Positions 62,264 through 64,000 of a stretch of DNA of 64,000 bases are shown here, piece by piece; positions within the stretch are counted from its first letter, which is position 1; each line of letters opens with the position of its first letter. Below the pieces are notes generated by a model that was not told the DNA's origin, searched no databases, and saw only the letters and a program-made list of their open reading frames with translations. Made by a program: the position numbers and the translations under genes. The stretch covers positions 35,588,001 to 35,652,000 of the forward strand of contig NW_027266308.1 in NCBI RefSeq assembly GCF_022045235.1, written 5' to 3'. The stretch comes from Haliotis cracherodii. Taxonomy: Eukaryota.

Positions 62264-63298
62264 ATTTAACGGGCTATTGACCACGAATAAAATGGCTATC
62301 GAAAACCCTAGATCAAGAATCCCTCTTGAATAACGTCCTTTTTAAAGCGATTATCTTTAATTACAAGCATTGTTTTCTTGTAATCATATAATGCATGTAG
62401 TTATGCGATATTAAGTACGTTTGGATTTAGTCTCGATAAACTGTTTGGATCTAAGAAGCTCAGCGACACGTCATAAGGGCTTGACGTGGTTCGGGGGTAA
62501 TGCGGATAATTACATTGTGATATAATAGGGTTTGAATGAGCACGTAATTAGCTTCGAGGGACAATCAAGCGTCGCCGAAGACGTGATTTATGGGAAGATA
62601 ATGGACAATTAACAATCTGGCGATTGTAGTTTACGGATAGATAACTGTGCGAGGATACGGGCGGGTTTATGTTACTCAATTAACAAATAAGACAAAAATG
62701 TATAGGTTTTGTTTTGGAAATATCCCCATGGACAGAAACAAGGAAACACTGAAGATATTACGAATGCGTTCAGTAGGTAGGATTCATATCAACAAAATCA
62801 ACGGCTAAGCGTTATGTCTTTGTATGCTGTATCAAATAAATAGAAGCGAAGAATTCATTCTATACTTAGAAATCTCTGCTACAAGCAGAATATATCGTAC
62901 GATTCCAACTATATCATGAGCATGTGTTTAATCAATAATAAAAAGTCGTGATATAGGTTGTTCGCCAAAAGGTCCAAAACACAACTTTGATACCGGTAAC
63001 AAATACCTCACCATCGAAAAAACATTTCTTGCTTGTTTAGCTTTTAGCCACCATCAAACATGGATGTATGTTTTCTTTTACCGGGCAATTTAATGTGAAA
63101 ATGGAATTTTTGACTGAATTCCGTCGCTATGAGTTCGACATTTTCTTTTATCTTTTGATATTTCTATTATATGTTCATGCTTGTATCATGTTGTATCAAC
63201 ACGAAAATTAATACCGGATTATTTACCTGACAAAACCAAACATTATTCATCACCCTGTAAATAAATAGTTAAAACAGCAGTAATTACTGACTCGAATG

Positions 63299-63727
63299 GG
63301 TCCTCCCATTTGTCAGACACTCAGTTGTCAGACAGTGGAATATTTTTTAACTACCACGCACCCCTTCACTCATAATGTTATGATCCAGACATTGGCAAAC
63401 GGCTTGGTTAAACTGTAATTATGTTTGTTTTCACTTCATCTTTTATTTTTTCACAGTTTGTTGTTTCATCCTAGTTGTTCTTACTGAAATTAGTAGCTAT
63501 ATGATATAAGACACGTGATTAGATGATGGAATAAACACTGATTTGTATAAATTTTGTTTTATTTTGTACCAGTTTTCAGACAGTTGTTGACGACAGGACC
63601 AGTCTATTCGGATTTAAGGGAATATATCACACACCTGATGTGCCCTCAACCATAAAGGTTGTTGTTTTAAGCTGTCTGACAAGTGGGGAGTATGACAAGT
63701 GGGGAGTCTGACAAGTGGGAGATGACC
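63299..63727. mobile_element. Mutator-like MITE with GGTC..GACC termini, subterminal CCCACTTGTCAGA repeats and a 10-bp target duplication
   Basis: Flanks GACTCGAATG (63289-63298) and GACCCGAACG (63728-63737). Confidence 0.75.
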
Positions 63728-64000
63728 GACCCGAACGATGGGGGGAATTTATTAGACATCTAACCCAGCCTTATGTCACGTATGAGCAAAAACTTCTGAT
63801 CCCGACCTCAGACTATTATCCCAACTGTCTCTGTGTTTTTGTTTTAAATAAATGAAAAATGATAAAGCACAAATCAAAGTTTGTTTTTATTAAATTAACA
63901 AAGTCATACTTGAGCATGTTTTTGCTTGTATTTACTTATTTCAGGTTTTACTTAAAAGTAAATAAACCACAAATCAATAAGATTTTTAATTATGATTCTT

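Overview
AT-rich, repeat-dense animal genomic DNA, not prokaryotic. It has spliceosomal introns, several SINE families, MITEs, fossil retroelement RTs, a 2.6-kb satellite and two N-gaps. The SINE repertoire suggests a gastropod mollusc such as abalone (inference). The main content is a tandem cluster of seven paralogous two-exon genes (orientations - - + + + - -) that I cannot assign to a known family. Each begins with a ~35-aa motif, LxI[DE]T[ND]IxYxLDM[ST]KFPG[LV]DDPx4[QE]P[AT]LL[IL]. Each has one phase-1 GT-AG intron that joins in frame, then a fast-evolving acidic or low-complexity exon 2. Four copies carry a bipartite NLS-like motif. The motif-coding DNA is about 98-99% identical among four copies up to 57 kb apart, while their other sequence is unalignable, which points to patch gene conversion. 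Promoters share CCAAT, TGANTGACAG, TATA and ATF/CRE-type sites, and three 3'UTRs share a short motif. Most other ORFs in the track are spurious readings of repeats.
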